The position numbers were made by a program, and so were the translations under genes. From positions 120,342,001 to 120,406,000 of the forward strand of contig NC_043001.1 of assembly GCF_006345805.1 (NCBI RefSeq): 64,000 nt of DNA. Reading direction: 5' to 3'. The stretch comes from Octopus sinensis (lineage: Eukaryota). This document shows positions 28,091 to 41,493 of this stretch, in pieces. The notes under the pieces are model-generated. The model was given only the letters and a program-made list of their open reading frames with translations. It was not told the DNA's origin and made no database searches. Every line of letters begins with the position of its first letter. Within the stretch, counting starts at the first letter, position 1.

Positions 28091-29829
28091 CACGCGTATG
28101 TGTATAGCATACATGCAAAATTATACATTATATTCATTATATTCAAATATACATGGAAACTGCATGTCCTACAGTTATATCAGGTTGTGAAAACAGCTGC
28201 AAAACCAGTGAAATATTCCTAAGAGCTTATCTGATAGTTATAGAGTAAATGAGAATTATATACATCATCTATACTAAGTGGGGAATAAAGGAGGAATGGT
28301 AGCCGAACATTCAAGTACACTTGTCAGCAGTCTACGGAATTGCATTTGTTTGGAGATAACTACGTTGGTAATGAGCATGTATGTAATTGAAAGCAAAGCA
28401 GGATCAATCTTTCTTTTATACCTTCAGGGCAAAAACTAAAGATGAACTGGCTTAAGTGTAGGCTATTTCATTATTGAAAGGCTGGTAGGTAGAAAACATT
28501 TTTGTATTGCTTTATATATATTGTTGTTGTTGTTGTTTGTGTTTAGCCCAAGGTTGTTTCGAATCATGATGAACGTATGATAAAACAGCAATACAATCGT
28601 GAGTATCTCTTCTTATTTTTGGATGTAAGCTTCCACAGGTTATGAGGTAGCTAAATTGTTAACAACGTCAGATAGTTTACTCTGCAGTGAACGTTTCGGC
28701 TCTCTACGCTATCAGTCAAAACATCATCGAATTCAAATTTACGTTTTATCCATTCGAGGCCGATAATAATAACACCAGACTAGTACTAGAGTAGGCTTTT
28801 CTCTTCCTTTTCTCTTCTCTTTCTTTTCCTTACTATTCCTCCCTTCTTTATCCATCTGTTACTTCATCTCTCTCTCATCTCTCTCTCTCTCTTTCTCTCT
28901 GTTTCCCTCTTTTCTGGAGAGAACTGGGGACGGACTGGTTTTGCCTGGTCTAAAACGACTCAAGACACTCCAAAGACATGACGGTATCTCCATGACTCTA
29001 TGAGCAGTCGAGGCACCAAGACAAGACAAGGCATGAGCTACGTTGTCCTGTGTAGCTAAATATGTGTGTTGTGCGTTCATTAGAAACATACACGCCCTTG
29101 GTACAGCATCACCGAATGGATCACTTCCGTTTCGTTCCCACCACTGGCGTCGTAGGTAAGTGTCCGGATTGACTCAAACCTTCCAAAGGAAACGTGATAG
29201 TTGGAAACTCTGGGGAAGCCTATCGGGTAATTTTTGTATCTGTAATTCAAATGCCTAGTCTTGCTCCACACTGTGTTGCGCTCATTATACCTCAGAATTT
29301 GGGTTTGTGGAATATTCAGCCACATACATGCCAAATGAATGAGCTATTGAACGAGATGAATATTCAGTTTATCGAACAGCTGAATGCTCATCGTCGAAAT
29401 CAATCGAAATTCGTTCACTTCTTTTCTACATTTTATTTAACGTTGTAGCAATTAATTAAAGACAGGTCACATCATCCATTGCAGCTATAAACAATTATTC
29501 TGTTTTGAAAATGATTCTCCAGTTTCTGATGAAGCTAAATATAAACTGAAACTGTTCAGGTCGATGCTGTTCATAGGGAAAATAGGTTTAATCACAGTAT
29601 CTAAATTTCAAGCTGATGTTGAACACACACGTTTACCACAGAAAAAAAAATAACAAAAAATGCTGATAATCTTACCACTAATAACTTTTTATGTTAAATT
29701 CGTGCGGCGATTATTCTAATAAGCTAATTAACTATTTTCAAGGTTTCCACTATTCTTATGCAAATTGCTACATACTGGCTAAGTTCTATCTGGGTTTATG
29801 TATTCTATTAGTAGTTGTAAGCTACTTTT

Positions 29830-30334
29830 TGTGACCCCCTTCGGTCATGAATGACCATGGGATTTCACCTAGAAAGTTACCCTCCGAGGCACAAATCTGG
29901 GCAAGGTTGTTTATGGAAGACCAACAATCGCCCACGCATACCAGCCTCCCCTCTCCATGCCACCGATGTTATCCAAGAGAAAGGCAAGGGGCCGATACAG
30001 CTTGGCACCAGTGACGTCGCAGCTCATTTATTAACGTGCAAGTGGCTGAGCATTCCACAGACACGTGTACCCATAACATAGTTCTCGGGGAGATTCAGCG
30101 TGACACAGGATGTAACAAGGCTGGCCCTTTGAAATACAGGTACAATAGAAACAAGAAGAAAGAGTGGGAGAAAGTTGTGGTGAAAGAGTACAGCAGGGTT
30201 CACAACCACTCCCTGTGGGAGCCTCGGGGAGCTTTAGGTGTTTTCGCTCAATAAACACTCACAATGCCCGGTCTGGGAATCGAAACTGCGATCCTACGTC
30301 CGCGAGTCCGTAGCCCTAACCACTGCGCTTCCAC
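29830..30334 (-). mobile_element. tRNA-derived SINE family C (tRNA-Arg-like head) with tail type 1
   Basis: Head gtggaagcgc-agtggttagggc...cggactcgcgg...gtttcgattcccagaccggg shared with the copies at 41188 and 47305; distinct 3' module. Confidence 0.8.
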
Positions 30335-30957
30335 AGTTGTAAGCTACAATTCCCTCAGCAATCAGGAAACTGAGCAACCAATCTCTAATAAAACAGCGGA
30401 AAAAAGAATGAAATTCATTTTACTACCCTCAGCGAGAAAACCAATGGTTAAACTGCAAATTCAACTTCAACTAACAGAATGTAATAACTAAATATTTCAC
30501 TCTATTGGATACTCTTACTTTGCTCCTGATAAAACTTGTATTCATGCAATTTACTATATGTTTGTGTGAATGTGTGTATATATGTATATAGATGTGTGTT
30601 TTGTATGTCGTATGTGTATCTGTGCGTCCGTGTGTTTGCCGGCATTAACGTAAGCTGATCAAAATATTTCTTATAAGCTTAGAAATAATTGGAAATAAAT
30701 TATTGCTTGATATATGTATGAATATGTTTTCTATTAATACACAAACAGATTGAACACAAAATTATTTTCTTCTATGAATTTTACTATGTATGTAAGCATC
30801 ATATTTCAATATACTTGAGGCGAATGTACATATGTATATTTTCATTAAATTATAGATAAACAGCAACGCACAACAGTAAACATATTTACATACGAAAATG
30901 CAATTATTTTAAGTGTATATTTACAGACACACACAATACACACACACACACGCACAC

Positions 30958-30994
<37 letters not shown>

Positions 30995-31149
30995 AGTATA
31001 TATACTGAATATTTTTCTAACAACAATAATGATTAGTAGGCACATAAAATTCAGTTTAATAACAAATATATATTCAGGGGGAAATTATTATTAAAATTAA
31101 ATTTTTCACTTAAATTGAATATTTTTCCAGAAATATAGCACAGTGTATA

Positions 31150-32400
31150 TCAGAGTAAAAGAATTTAAGAAATCCTCGATGCCGCACCTGGTTTTCGCTT
31201 TCCAACATCACTACACTAATCGGAACCATCCATCGCACTTTCCAAATTAGGAACGCTTTCCTACGCACCTCTTCCAATTTCATATATGCGTTCCAATGTT
31301 CCCTCTGCAATTTGATCGCCATCGGGCATACCGGACTAGAACCGTCCGAATCCGACAGGTTCATGTAGAATTTAAGTGATATCGAGGGATCCGACGTGGC
31401 GACGGGTCACCTTTCTCTCGACATTTCCGCTCCAATGACCAGTTTACGCAAAAGATCTATGTTCAGTTTAGACTCCTCAAACCAGATCTCAAATGCTAGA
31501 GCTTATCTTCTTTCGCGAAGCTTAAACTTCTTTCGGTCTAAATTAACTTTTTCTTCCTTTTTCTGATTTGTACTTCCCGCTTCATCTACCCCACTGCCTA
31601 ATATCCTCCTCCTCCGCCACCCTAAATTCATCCAGCCCACTCTAATATCAATACCCACATGTGATCTTTCCATCCTGTTATATTTCCTTCTCCGCTCATC
31701 TTCTGTTTAGCTTTCCTATATTATCTATCCCACTCAGGTCTCTTCTTCTTCCACCACTGTTTTCGCTACATCCTCCACCACCACATTTGCCTACCCGATA
31801 CCTATCAAATACCCACCCACTCCTCCTCCAGCTTCTCCATGCATTTTATCTCTATCTCCACCAACCCCTATGTGCTATTCACGATTGTCACTCTCATTCA
31901 TGACGTCTTACTTCTCTCCGACTCTGAGCGCCCCCTTTTTTCGTAAAGAGTCTGCAATTCGTGCAACAAATCTCCGTCAGTGGTAAATCTCGGACCCTTT
32001 CAAATCGAACAGTTTTTGTTTCACGTTCCCGATTATTTCACGGACCGAGATCATGGATCACTGCCCACGACATCGAGGCCACTCCAGTTCAGTCACTAAG
32101 AACTGTTTATCGCCGCTCAGCGCCGCGCAATAGGCATTTTGTCTTCCAAATGCTTTCACGGTGCATTAACGCCTTCGAGGCCAAAGTCTCTGCTCTCCAC
32201 TCCGTCCAACATCGTTCAACACCGTCAGCAAATCAGCTAACAAGAGGCATGGTGATTCTATGGTGGGTCAATATGTGTAAGGTTGCTTTTGCCTCTAACC
32301 ACTCACTTCTATTGTCTTAGCACTATAATTCCAGACCAAAGATACCTTTTACTTCATCCTTTTACCGATTCATCTTTTTATACCTCTTATCCTACCTCCA
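31150..32400 (+). mobile_element. Penelope-like element remnant: GIY-YIG end followed by a probable pseudo-LTR/ORF start
   Basis: 31200-31500 translates FQIRNAFLRTSSNFIYAFQCSLCNLIAIGHTG...DRFM*NLSDI, resembling the PLE FTCTSSNVIYCITC..C..YIGETG...DRFREHLRDI motif. Assignment of the downstream part is weaker. Confidence 0.55.
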
Positions 32401-33098
32401 TAGCCTCAAACCTCATCATCCACACACCTCACTCTTTTACATAAGATCCACAAACGTGGCAAACTCGACCACTTCGCCGTTTTCGCCTATAACTGCGCCA
32501 CAGAACGCTTATCCGCCTGTTTCCATACCATCCTCACACATCGTGAGTATATATATGTGTGTATGTGCGCTTATGTATGTGCGTATATGTATGTTTCCTT
32601 GTATGTATACCTGTGCATGCGTATGTGTGAGCGTGGTTATGTGTGCGCGCGATTGTGTGTGTGTGCGTGCGTGTATGTGCCCTTGTGCATGAGTGCGTGT
32701 GTGCGTATGTGTGATAGATGATTAATTGACATTTCATTCTCAGAATAAATGTTAATGGGTGATTAGTCCTGTATTAACCTCGAATGAATATAACATCGTC
32801 TCTTCTGTTGTCCATAACTGAGCTCAATTTGAGGAAAACTTGCGATGTACAGCAAACCACGTAATCTTCTAAACCATTGTCTGCACCACAGACACACACA
32901 CGCACCTTACCATACACGATTACATGCACGCACGCGCACACAAGCACACGCATACGTATGTATGTGTGTGCGCGCGAGTGTGTATAACTTGTGTGTGTGT
33001 GTATGTGTGTGTGTATATATATATAATGGTTAAATATAGTTGTATGTACATGCATGTGTTTGTATATATATATCTATATATATATGTATGTATGTATG

Positions 33099-33132
<34 letters not shown>

Positions 33133-33256
33133 TGTATGTATGTATATATGTGTATATATATATATATATCATGTATGCACATAATGTATATACACTACAT
33201 TGACAGAATTGACAGATGGAGAAAGAGTGATGGAGGTCCAATAAGTAGATAGACAC

Positions 33257-33357
<101 letters not shown>

Positions 33358-34059
33358 CAGACAGACACATAGATAGACAGAGAGAGAGAGAGAGAGAGAA
33401 ACACAGGCGGACAGACAGACCACTCTGAGAATCGCTATCAAAATCTATGTTGTTAAGGGCGGGAGATTGCCTATTAGTGGAAGATTGCCTCACAGAGAAA
33501 ATGAATTTCATCATAAGCCGGAAATATTGCTATTGATGACGCCATGTTTGATAGGAACGTTTACTGTATGATATCTTAATGACCAGTCACAATTGTTATA
33601 TGTCATTAAAATTAATGTTTGTGTTATTGTTATTGTTGTTGTTGTCATTATTGATTCCATTTCTGGTGGTGGTGGTGGTGGTGCTACTGCTGCTGCTATT
33701 GGTGGGAGAGCAAAGATGCATTCATAATGACGTGTGTTGTTCAATTTCTATTCGATTAGATTTACCAGTGATATTCAACCATCCTTGAAAAATCTTCTTT
33801 GTCTCTTGTTGGGGGACATATTAGGAAGCCGCCGTTGCTGGTGATGTTGAATAGTGTTATTTCTAGTTATTAAGAACGCTGATAATGGATTGTGCTGATA
33901 GACATGAATGTTTAAATGAAAGTACGTATGTCTATAAGTATGTACTTTAATCAGCATCTATTTCTAAACAAACAAGCAAACAACACACACACAAATGCGC
34001 TTATCATTTATTTATTCACAACTTTATTATTTTATTACTGCTGTTATTATTATTATCAT

Positions 34060-34609
34060 TGATCAAAATGCTTAGCGGTACTTAGTCCGTCGCTACGTTC
34101 TGAGTTCAATTTTGTCCGTGGTCAACTTTGCCTTTCATATTTTCGGGGTCGATAAAATAAGTACCGGTGTAATCAACTAGGTCCCTCTCACAAAATGTTA
34201 GGCCTTGTGCCTGCAGCAGAAAGGATTATTATCATTATTATTATTAATCAAATTGCTTAGCGATATTTCACCCGTAGCTAGGTTCTGAGTTCAAATTCGG
34301 CTGAAGCCAACCTTGCCTTTCATCCTTTCGAAGTAGATAAAGTAAGTACCAGTTGACCAGTGAAGTCGTTGTAATTCACTCATCCCATCCTTCAAAATTG
34401 CTGTCCTTGTGGCAAAAGTTGAAAACATTATTTTTGTTGATCAAAATGCTTACCGGTATTTCGCCCGTCGCTACGTTCTGAGTTTAAATTCCCTCAAGGT
34501 CGACTTCGCCTTTCATCCTTTCGGAGTCGTTAAATTAACTACCAATGAAACACTGGGGTCAATGTAATTGACTAGTTCCCTATCCCCAAATTTCAGTCCA
34601 GTAGAATGG

Positions 34610-34612
<3 letters not shown>
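34060..34612 (+). mobile_element. Three tandem head-truncated SINE family B copies
   Basis: Units start at about 34060, 34246 and 34438, each at atcaaa(a/t)tgctta; mutually diverged. Confidence 0.85.
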
Positions 34613-34671
<59 letters not shown>

Positions 34672-34678
34672 CATTATT

Positions 34679-37600
34679 CAGTAGTTTTATTTTTATAGCG
34701 TGCTTTCACTTCACTACCGAGCGCAGCTCTATGTGCCTTGGGTATGTGCTGTGATTTGTTGTGATGCTCTGATGGTTATTGTATGGAAAGTGTTCTGCGT
34801 AGGATGTGTGCAGTGCCTAGTAGTGCAATTTTCTGTATGTTATATGTGTTTGTAAGTCCTGGTGTTTTTGTTATGTATTTGTCTGAATATTTTTTTATCA
34901 TGCCTAATGCACCTACTATGATAGGAATTGTTTCTGTTTTCAGATTCCACATTCTAGTTACCTCTATTTCCAGGTCTTTGTATTTTGAGAGTTTCTCCAT
35001 TTCTTTTAGAGACACGTTGTCATCAGCCGGTATTGATACATCAATTAGAAAGCATTTTTTTCCTTCATCGTCTCTGACAACTATATCTGGTCTGTTGGCC
35101 TTAATTTCTCTATCTGTGTGTATCGGCATATCCCAGAGTATGGTTGCTTTCTCGTTTTCTGTGACCTTTTCTGGCGTGTGCCTATACCATCTTTTTTCTG
35201 TTGTTATTCCATAATGTTGGCATAGCTTCCAATGTATGTAGGTTCCAACTCTGTCATGTCTGTGAATATATTCCTTCTTAGCCAGGACTGGGCAGCTAGA
35301 GATAATATGATTTATTGTTTCTTGTCCATCTCCACATATTCTGCAGTTACTTGTAATATTTCTTTTCATTACATGTTTTTGGTAATTTCTGGTGGGGAGG
35401 CTTTGGTCTTGTGCTGCAATTAAAAATCCCTCTGTCTCTGCTTTGAGTCTTGAGCTTCTCAGCCATTGCTGGGATTTTTCTTTGTCTATTTCTTTTGCGT
35501 TTAGTTTAGTCCAGTATTTACCATGAAGGGGCTTTTCTTGCCATCGTTTTATCATGGTTCGTTGCTGTTCTATTTTTAGTTTGGATTTCATTTGTTTTAT
35601 AGCTTTTGTTGTTTCTTCAGCATCTTCTTCTTCTTCTTCTTCATGTTTATTAGGTGGTATGATTTCTTGTTTGTATTTGTCAGCTTCCTTAAATACTGAG
35701 AACAGTTTTTTGTTTTGCTCGTGTTTTGCTGCTATCTGGATCAGTTTTCCTTCCTTCTGAAGTAGATATTTTTGCAGTCCTATGGTGGTTATTTTATAGT
35801 AGTTTTCCAGCTGTATAAGGCCTCTACCACCTTATATACGTTGTATATATAGTTTTTCTATGTCAGATTTTGGGTGATGCATCCTAGATCCTGTCAGTAT
35901 TTTTCTTGTTTTCCTATCTATTTTGGACAGTTCATTTCGTGTCCAGTTAAGGATATTGTAGTTGTAACTTATAACTGGGACAGCTAAAGTGTTGATACCT
36001 ATTATCTTGTTTTTAGCATTGAGCTCTGTTTTTAGTATTGATCTAACTCGTCTATAATATTCTTTTTTTGTTTTCTCTTTCATTTGTGTGTGTTGTGTCT
36101 TGTCTAGTTCATGGATTCCTAAGTATTTGTAAGTTTGGCTTTGGTCTAATTCTTTTATTTCATTGGTTTTATCTAGTGTGATGTTGTTACTCTTAACTAG
36201 TTTTCCTCTTTTCATGGTTACTTTGGTGCATTTTTCTAATCCAAATTTCATATCTATTTCTTTGGTAAATCCATGAACTGTCTTTAATAGTGTTTCCAGC
36301 TGTTTGTCATTTGCAGCGTATAGTTTTAGGTCATCCATATATAAAAGGTGGCTGATCGTTTTGCCGTAACATTTATATCCGCATCCAGTTCTGTTTAGCA
36401 TATCAGATAGAGGTGACAGTGCCAAGCAGAAAAGGAGTGGAGAGAGCGTGTCTCCCTGGAATATTCCTCTCCTAATGGGGATGTCTTTGGTTTTCATGAG
36501 TCCCTCTTTTGTTTGGAGGTGTAGGACTGTTTGCCATTTATTCATAGAGTGCTCTATGCATTTTATGATTGTTGGTGCTACTTTGTTAATGGCTAGTGTT
36601 TCGAGGATCCATGTGTGGGGGATGCTATCAAACGCCTTTTTGTAGTCAATCCAGGCCATACTGAGGCCTTTCTTCTTTCTGTGGCTGTCTTCAGTTACGG
36701 CTTTAGCCATATGAGCCTTTGCGGCATCCTTTCTGCTCTTCTGGGAACAGTTTGTTTTCGTCCAGGTGCTTGTTAAGCCTTTGTGATATCACTGCGGTAA
36801 ATGCCTTGAACATAGTAGGGAGGCAGGTTATTGGTCTGTAGTTTTCTGGTTTTGCTGTCTCATTTGATTTGGGAATTAAAATGGTTTTCCCCTTCGTGAG
36901 CCATTCGGGCATTGTCTCTGGCTCTGCTAGTATGTTGTTAAAGTTTTCAGCCAGCTTTTTGTGCATTCCTGTTAGATATTTCAACCAGAAGTTGGGGATC
37001 TTGTCATGCCCAGGTGCCTTCCAGTTGCTTAGTCTTTGCAGTGCGTGGGTGAACTCTTCAGTTGTTATGGGGGTCCAAATTTGTTCAGATGCCGAGTTTG
37101 TTATTTTGATACTCCTTTTTTTTGGTGGTTCGTTCGCCGACCATATTTCTCTCCAGAATTCTTCCAATTCTTCTGCCGTTGGTGCTGCAGTGACTTCTAT
37201 TTTATTTTTGCCCAGTTCTTGGTAGAACTTTTTGGGGTTGGAGTTGAACTTTTTGTTCTGTTCAAAGAAGCGTTGGCGTTTCTCGTACCGGCGGATCCTT
37301 TGAGCTTTGGCAAGGATATCTTGCTTCAGCTTTTCTTTTATTTCAGGCAAATCTTTTTCTGTGATGTTATATTTGCGGAGCATTTTTGTTCTCTTTTTGT
37401 TGCTCAGTAGCGTTGCTTGTTTGCTGATTTCATTAAGAATCGACAGGTCTTTTCTAATTTTTTTTATTTTGTTTTGGATGTTATTTATCCACAGGGTTTG
37501 TTTGGGTGGTGGTACTCCTGTTTGGGCGGGTTTGGGTGAGTATCCAGCTTCTTTTGTGGCTGCAGTGGCTGCTGCGTATATCAAGTCATTTAGTTCAGTG

Positions 37601-38630
37601 ATATCACTTTTTTTTGTTTCAGTGGCTAGTTCAGTGACGGCTAGGTTTATGCTGTTTATAATTGGTGTTGTTATTTCGTTTATTTTTATTCTTGGGAGGT
37701 ATGGTCGGTGGTCCATTTTGGGCTCTGTGGTTTTCAGTTCTTTGATTATTTTATTTTTTATATTATCATAATCATTAGGCTCCCCTTCGTTGTTTACATC
37801 GTGTTTGTTGGGAATGTTGCGTTTGTCTTCGTGTTTTACAGTTTCAGTGTTTATATTATTGGGCATTGTTGTGTGGCTTCTATCTACATTTTCCTGGTGT
37901 ATGTTTTCTTTTAGGTGTTCTATTTCTATTTCTGATATTTTTTTTGTGTTGAGAATGTATCTTCGTACGTTAGCTAATTTATTAGGGTTCATTGCTGTAT
38001 CCAAGTCTATATCTCTATTATTTTCCTTCCATATTTTATATGTATGTGTTGTTGTATTTTCATTTTTTGGGTAGAGCATTGCTGTGAAGTATGCATGTAA
38101 GATCGAAATGTATTCCTCACGTGTCCATTTACGTCTTTTGGGTTTTATTTGCGGGACATGAGGTACAACGTTCGGCCCATTAGTTTGACGGTCGTCATTT
38201 TCGTAGGGTACCGGTCCGTTTATTTCTGTTGTCACATTATTTCGCACGTGTAGTTTTTCGTACATTTTTTGTTGTAAGTTTAATGTACGTACCGCTCGAT
38301 TGTTATTCTTGGGTTGAATAGTATCGGTGGCATTTAATTTCTTCGTAGTTCCTTTGTACATGGTGTTTGGGGTCGGGGATGATCGTGATGTTCCACGCAT
38401 GTTTACATGTGCTGTGTTAGAGGTGGAGATAATATCGAGTCAAAATACATCATTTCGTTTCGAAAATAGTAATAAATTTCAATTAGTATTACTTACTCGG
38501 ATACAGTCCAATTCTTTGTTAGTAAATCTTTGGCTCCATAGGATGTCCTTGTTTTCGATGTTTGTGGATAGATTTCGGAGCTCTGTATTTTCCTTCTTAC
38601 ATCTTAAACGTTCCCCAGTGTTCTTATTAT
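34679..38630 (-). mobile_element. R4/Dong-like RLE non-LTR retrotransposon subfamily A, near full length, in (TAA)n
   Basis: RT motifs (YRPITCLPT, EEQKG, WIDYKKAFDSIPH, GIFQGDTLSP, LLYMDD), CCHC finger (CRICGDGQETINHIISSC), PD..D..K nuclease (RPDIVV...LIDVSIP...EKLSKY); (TAA)n at both ends. Confidence 0.93.
34776..38400 (-). pseudogene. Disrupted single ORF (RT + CCHC + restriction-like endonuclease) of Dong-like copy A1
   Basis: ORFs 36703-38400, 35832-36710 and 34776-35591; relative to copy A2 it has a 23-bp deletion near 36705 and a GAA>TAA stop at about 35834. Confidence 0.9.
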
Positions 38631-38641
38631 TATTATTATTA

Positions 38642-38678
<37 letters not shown>

Positions 38679-39232
38679 GAGTGAGAGAGCAGTTCATGCC
38701 ATCAAAGTGACACTGGGGTAAAATATACGAAGCCCAATATACCCATCATGACTACCCGTCTGATAAAGGTACACCAGGCACATGCATCACAACCATATGT
38801 GCGCGACATGGTGATCTCATATCAAGATAAACAGCACATGACCTTGCAGGTGGGGCCCAGTTAGAATTTTCTTCAGGTTGAGTAGCCCATCCTGCTCAAA
38901 CGGTCCCTGAATAAGGGTTGCTTTAGGATATTGAACGAAACACCTATGTTTCCAGAGGTGAACCATTCAAACTCCAAAGAATCCCTCTCAACACATGGCC
39001 ATGATGCTCCCCCACTACTTCTGCTCGTGATCAGAGATGCACATATCGTCAGCCACTAAGGGACATGCTCAACTGGTTAAGGTCAAACAACTGACAAGCA
39101 AATCTGTGGTATTGAGCAGAATATTTGCTGTAGCCCATCTTTTATACCAAGACAAAACAATGTACATGATAACACTTCCAATCAGTTAAGATCAGAAGCC
39201 ATGAGAGCCACTGCCTGGTACTGCATCAGGGC
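38679..39232 (-). mobile_element. ~550-bp (TAA)n-embedded element, copy 2
   Basis: Runs from gagtgagagagcag to ctgcatcagggc; (ATT)n on both sides. Confidence 0.85.
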
Positions 39233-39279
<47 letters not shown>

Positions 39280-39289
39280 TATTATTATT

Positions 39290-39790
39290 GAGTGAGAGAG
39301 CAGTGCATGCCATGAAACGGATTCTGGGGTAAAATATACAGAGCTCAGTATAAAAATCATGACTGCCTGTCCGATAAGGTTCACCAGGCACATGCATCAC
39401 AACCATATGTGCGTGACATAGTGACCTTACATTAAGATAAACAGCGCATAACCTTGCATGTAGGGTCCAGTGAGAATTTTCTTCAGGTTGAGTAGCCCAT
39501 CCCACTCAAAATGTCACTGAACAAGGGTTGCTTAAGTATGTTAAATGAAATACCCATGTTTCCAGAATAGAATTATCCAAACCCAAAAGAATTCCTCTCA
39601 ATACGTGGTTATCGTGCTCTCACACTACTTATGCTCGTAATCAGAGATGCACATATCGTCAGCCCCTAAGAGACATGCTCAACTGGTTAAAGTCAAACAA
39701 CTGACAAGCAAATCTGTGGTATTGAGCAGAATATTTGCTGTATCCCATGTTTTGTACCAAGAAAAAAAAATGGACATGATAATATTTCCA
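39290..39790 (-). mobile_element. ~550-bp (TAA)n-embedded element, copy 3 (more diverged, lacks ~50 bp at the inferred 5' end)
   Basis: Aligned by eye to copies 2 and 4. Confidence 0.8.
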
Positions 39791-39805
39791 ATTATTATTA
39801 TTATT

Positions 39806-40359
39806 GAGTGAGAGAGCAGTGCATGCCATCAAAGTGACACTGGGGTAAAATATACGAAGCCCAATATACCCATCATGACTACCCGTCTGATAAAGGTACA
39901 CCAGGCACATGCATCACAACCATATGTGTGCGACATGGTGATCTCATATCAAGATAAACAGCACATGACCTTGCAGGTGGGGCCCAGTTAGAATTTTCTT
40001 CAGGTTGAGTAGTCCATCCCGCTCAAAAGGTCCCTGAAAAGGGTTGTTTAAGGATGTTGAAAGAACCACCCATGTTTCCAGAGGTGAATTATTCAAACCC
40101 CAAAGAATCCCTCTCAACACATGGCTATGATGCTCCCCCACTACTTCTGCTCGTGACCAGAGATGTACATATCGTCAGCCACTAAGGGACATACTCAACT
40201 GGTTAAGGTCAAACAACTGACAAGTAAATCTGTGGTATTGAGCAGAATATTTGCTGTAAAACCCATCTTTTATACCAAGACAAAACAATGTACATGATAA
40301 CACTTCCAATCAGTTAAGATCAGAAGCCATGAGAGCCACAGCCTGGTACTGCATCAGGG

Positions 40360-40360
<1 letters not shown>
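39806..40360 (-). mobile_element. ~550-bp (TAA)n-embedded element, copy 4
   Basis: Same termini as copy 2. Confidence 0.85.
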
Positions 40361-40416
<56 letters not shown>

Positions 40417-40417
<1 letters not shown>

Positions 40418-40700
40418 CGTAATGAAGACACATCTTATTTTGCTGGGTATGACGGAAAGTGTCAGCTGTCCACAGCCAGCAGACTAAGGTGACACTTGTT
40501 TACTGGTCATGCTTCAAGAACCCTGCGAAGAATTCTTGTAGTTCCAAGCAATGCTGATTTATGTAGGTGTTCGCACTTGTATCAGTCTTTTTGAGCCATG
40601 ATGGTAGTTGAGTGCCAATACTTCGAAGTGCACCAATTTCTATTGGCATTAGGTCCACTCTCTTCAATGACCACAACTTTCGAATTTCGTATTTCCACTG
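40417..40700 (-). mobile_element. R4/Dong-like subfamily C 3' fragment
   Basis: Translates RKLWSLKRVDLMPIEIGAL...KSALLGTTRILRRVLEA*, then a 3' UTR and (TAA)n. Confidence 0.75.
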
Positions 40701-40770
40701 TAACTGACTATTCCCCTCCTCTTAAATTTCAGCCGTTGCTCCTATAGTAGAAAGAATATCATTATTATTA

Positions 40771-40873
<103 letters not shown>

Positions 40874-41187
40874 TAATTAATCTAGGACAGTTATGACTGC
40901 CTCACCTAAAGAGAAGTCTCAAAACTTGTCGAATGTACCTGGTATGAAGTGTTGGGTCCATATTTATCACGTGATGAGCCTGCAGAATCTTTCTGTCTCT
41001 GGTAAAAAATGCATTGCGATATTTCTTATGACTCTTTGGGTTCTAAATTCAAATCCAATTGAGGTTAGCATTGCTTTTCCTTTTTTGTGATCGATAACAT
41101 AAAGAACCAATCAAGTGCCGGTGTTGGTGGGACCAAGACATGTCCTTCAAATCTATTTCCTTTGAGTCTAATTATATAAAAACGATA

Positions 41188-41493
41188 TAACGTCGCTCTT
41201 TTGAAGCCTAGCCAGGCTCATGGGCCCGGTTTCCCGGTTTCTGTGGCGCAAGTGTCCCCACCCCAGCTGGACGGGACGCCAGTCCATCACAGCGTTACTC
41301 AAGATAGAGTGTGAGAGAAAGTTGTGACGAAAGAGTACAATAGGGGTCGCCACCCCCACCTCATGCCGGAGCCTCGTAGAGCTTTTAGGTGTTTTCGCTC
41401 AATAAACACACACAACGCCCGGTCTGAGAATCGAAACCGCGATCCTCGTATCGCGAGTCCGCTGCCCTAACCACTGGGCCATTGTGCCTCCAC
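41188..41493 (-). mobile_element. SINE family C with tail type 2
   Basis: Shared head; 3' module gtgatggactggcgtcccgtccag...cacagaaaccggg. Confidence 0.85.

Noticed and set aside
39212-39232. U2 snRNA stem-loop IV resemblance at the end of the 550-bp element
   Set aside because: Short partial match only; no other U2 sequence seen.
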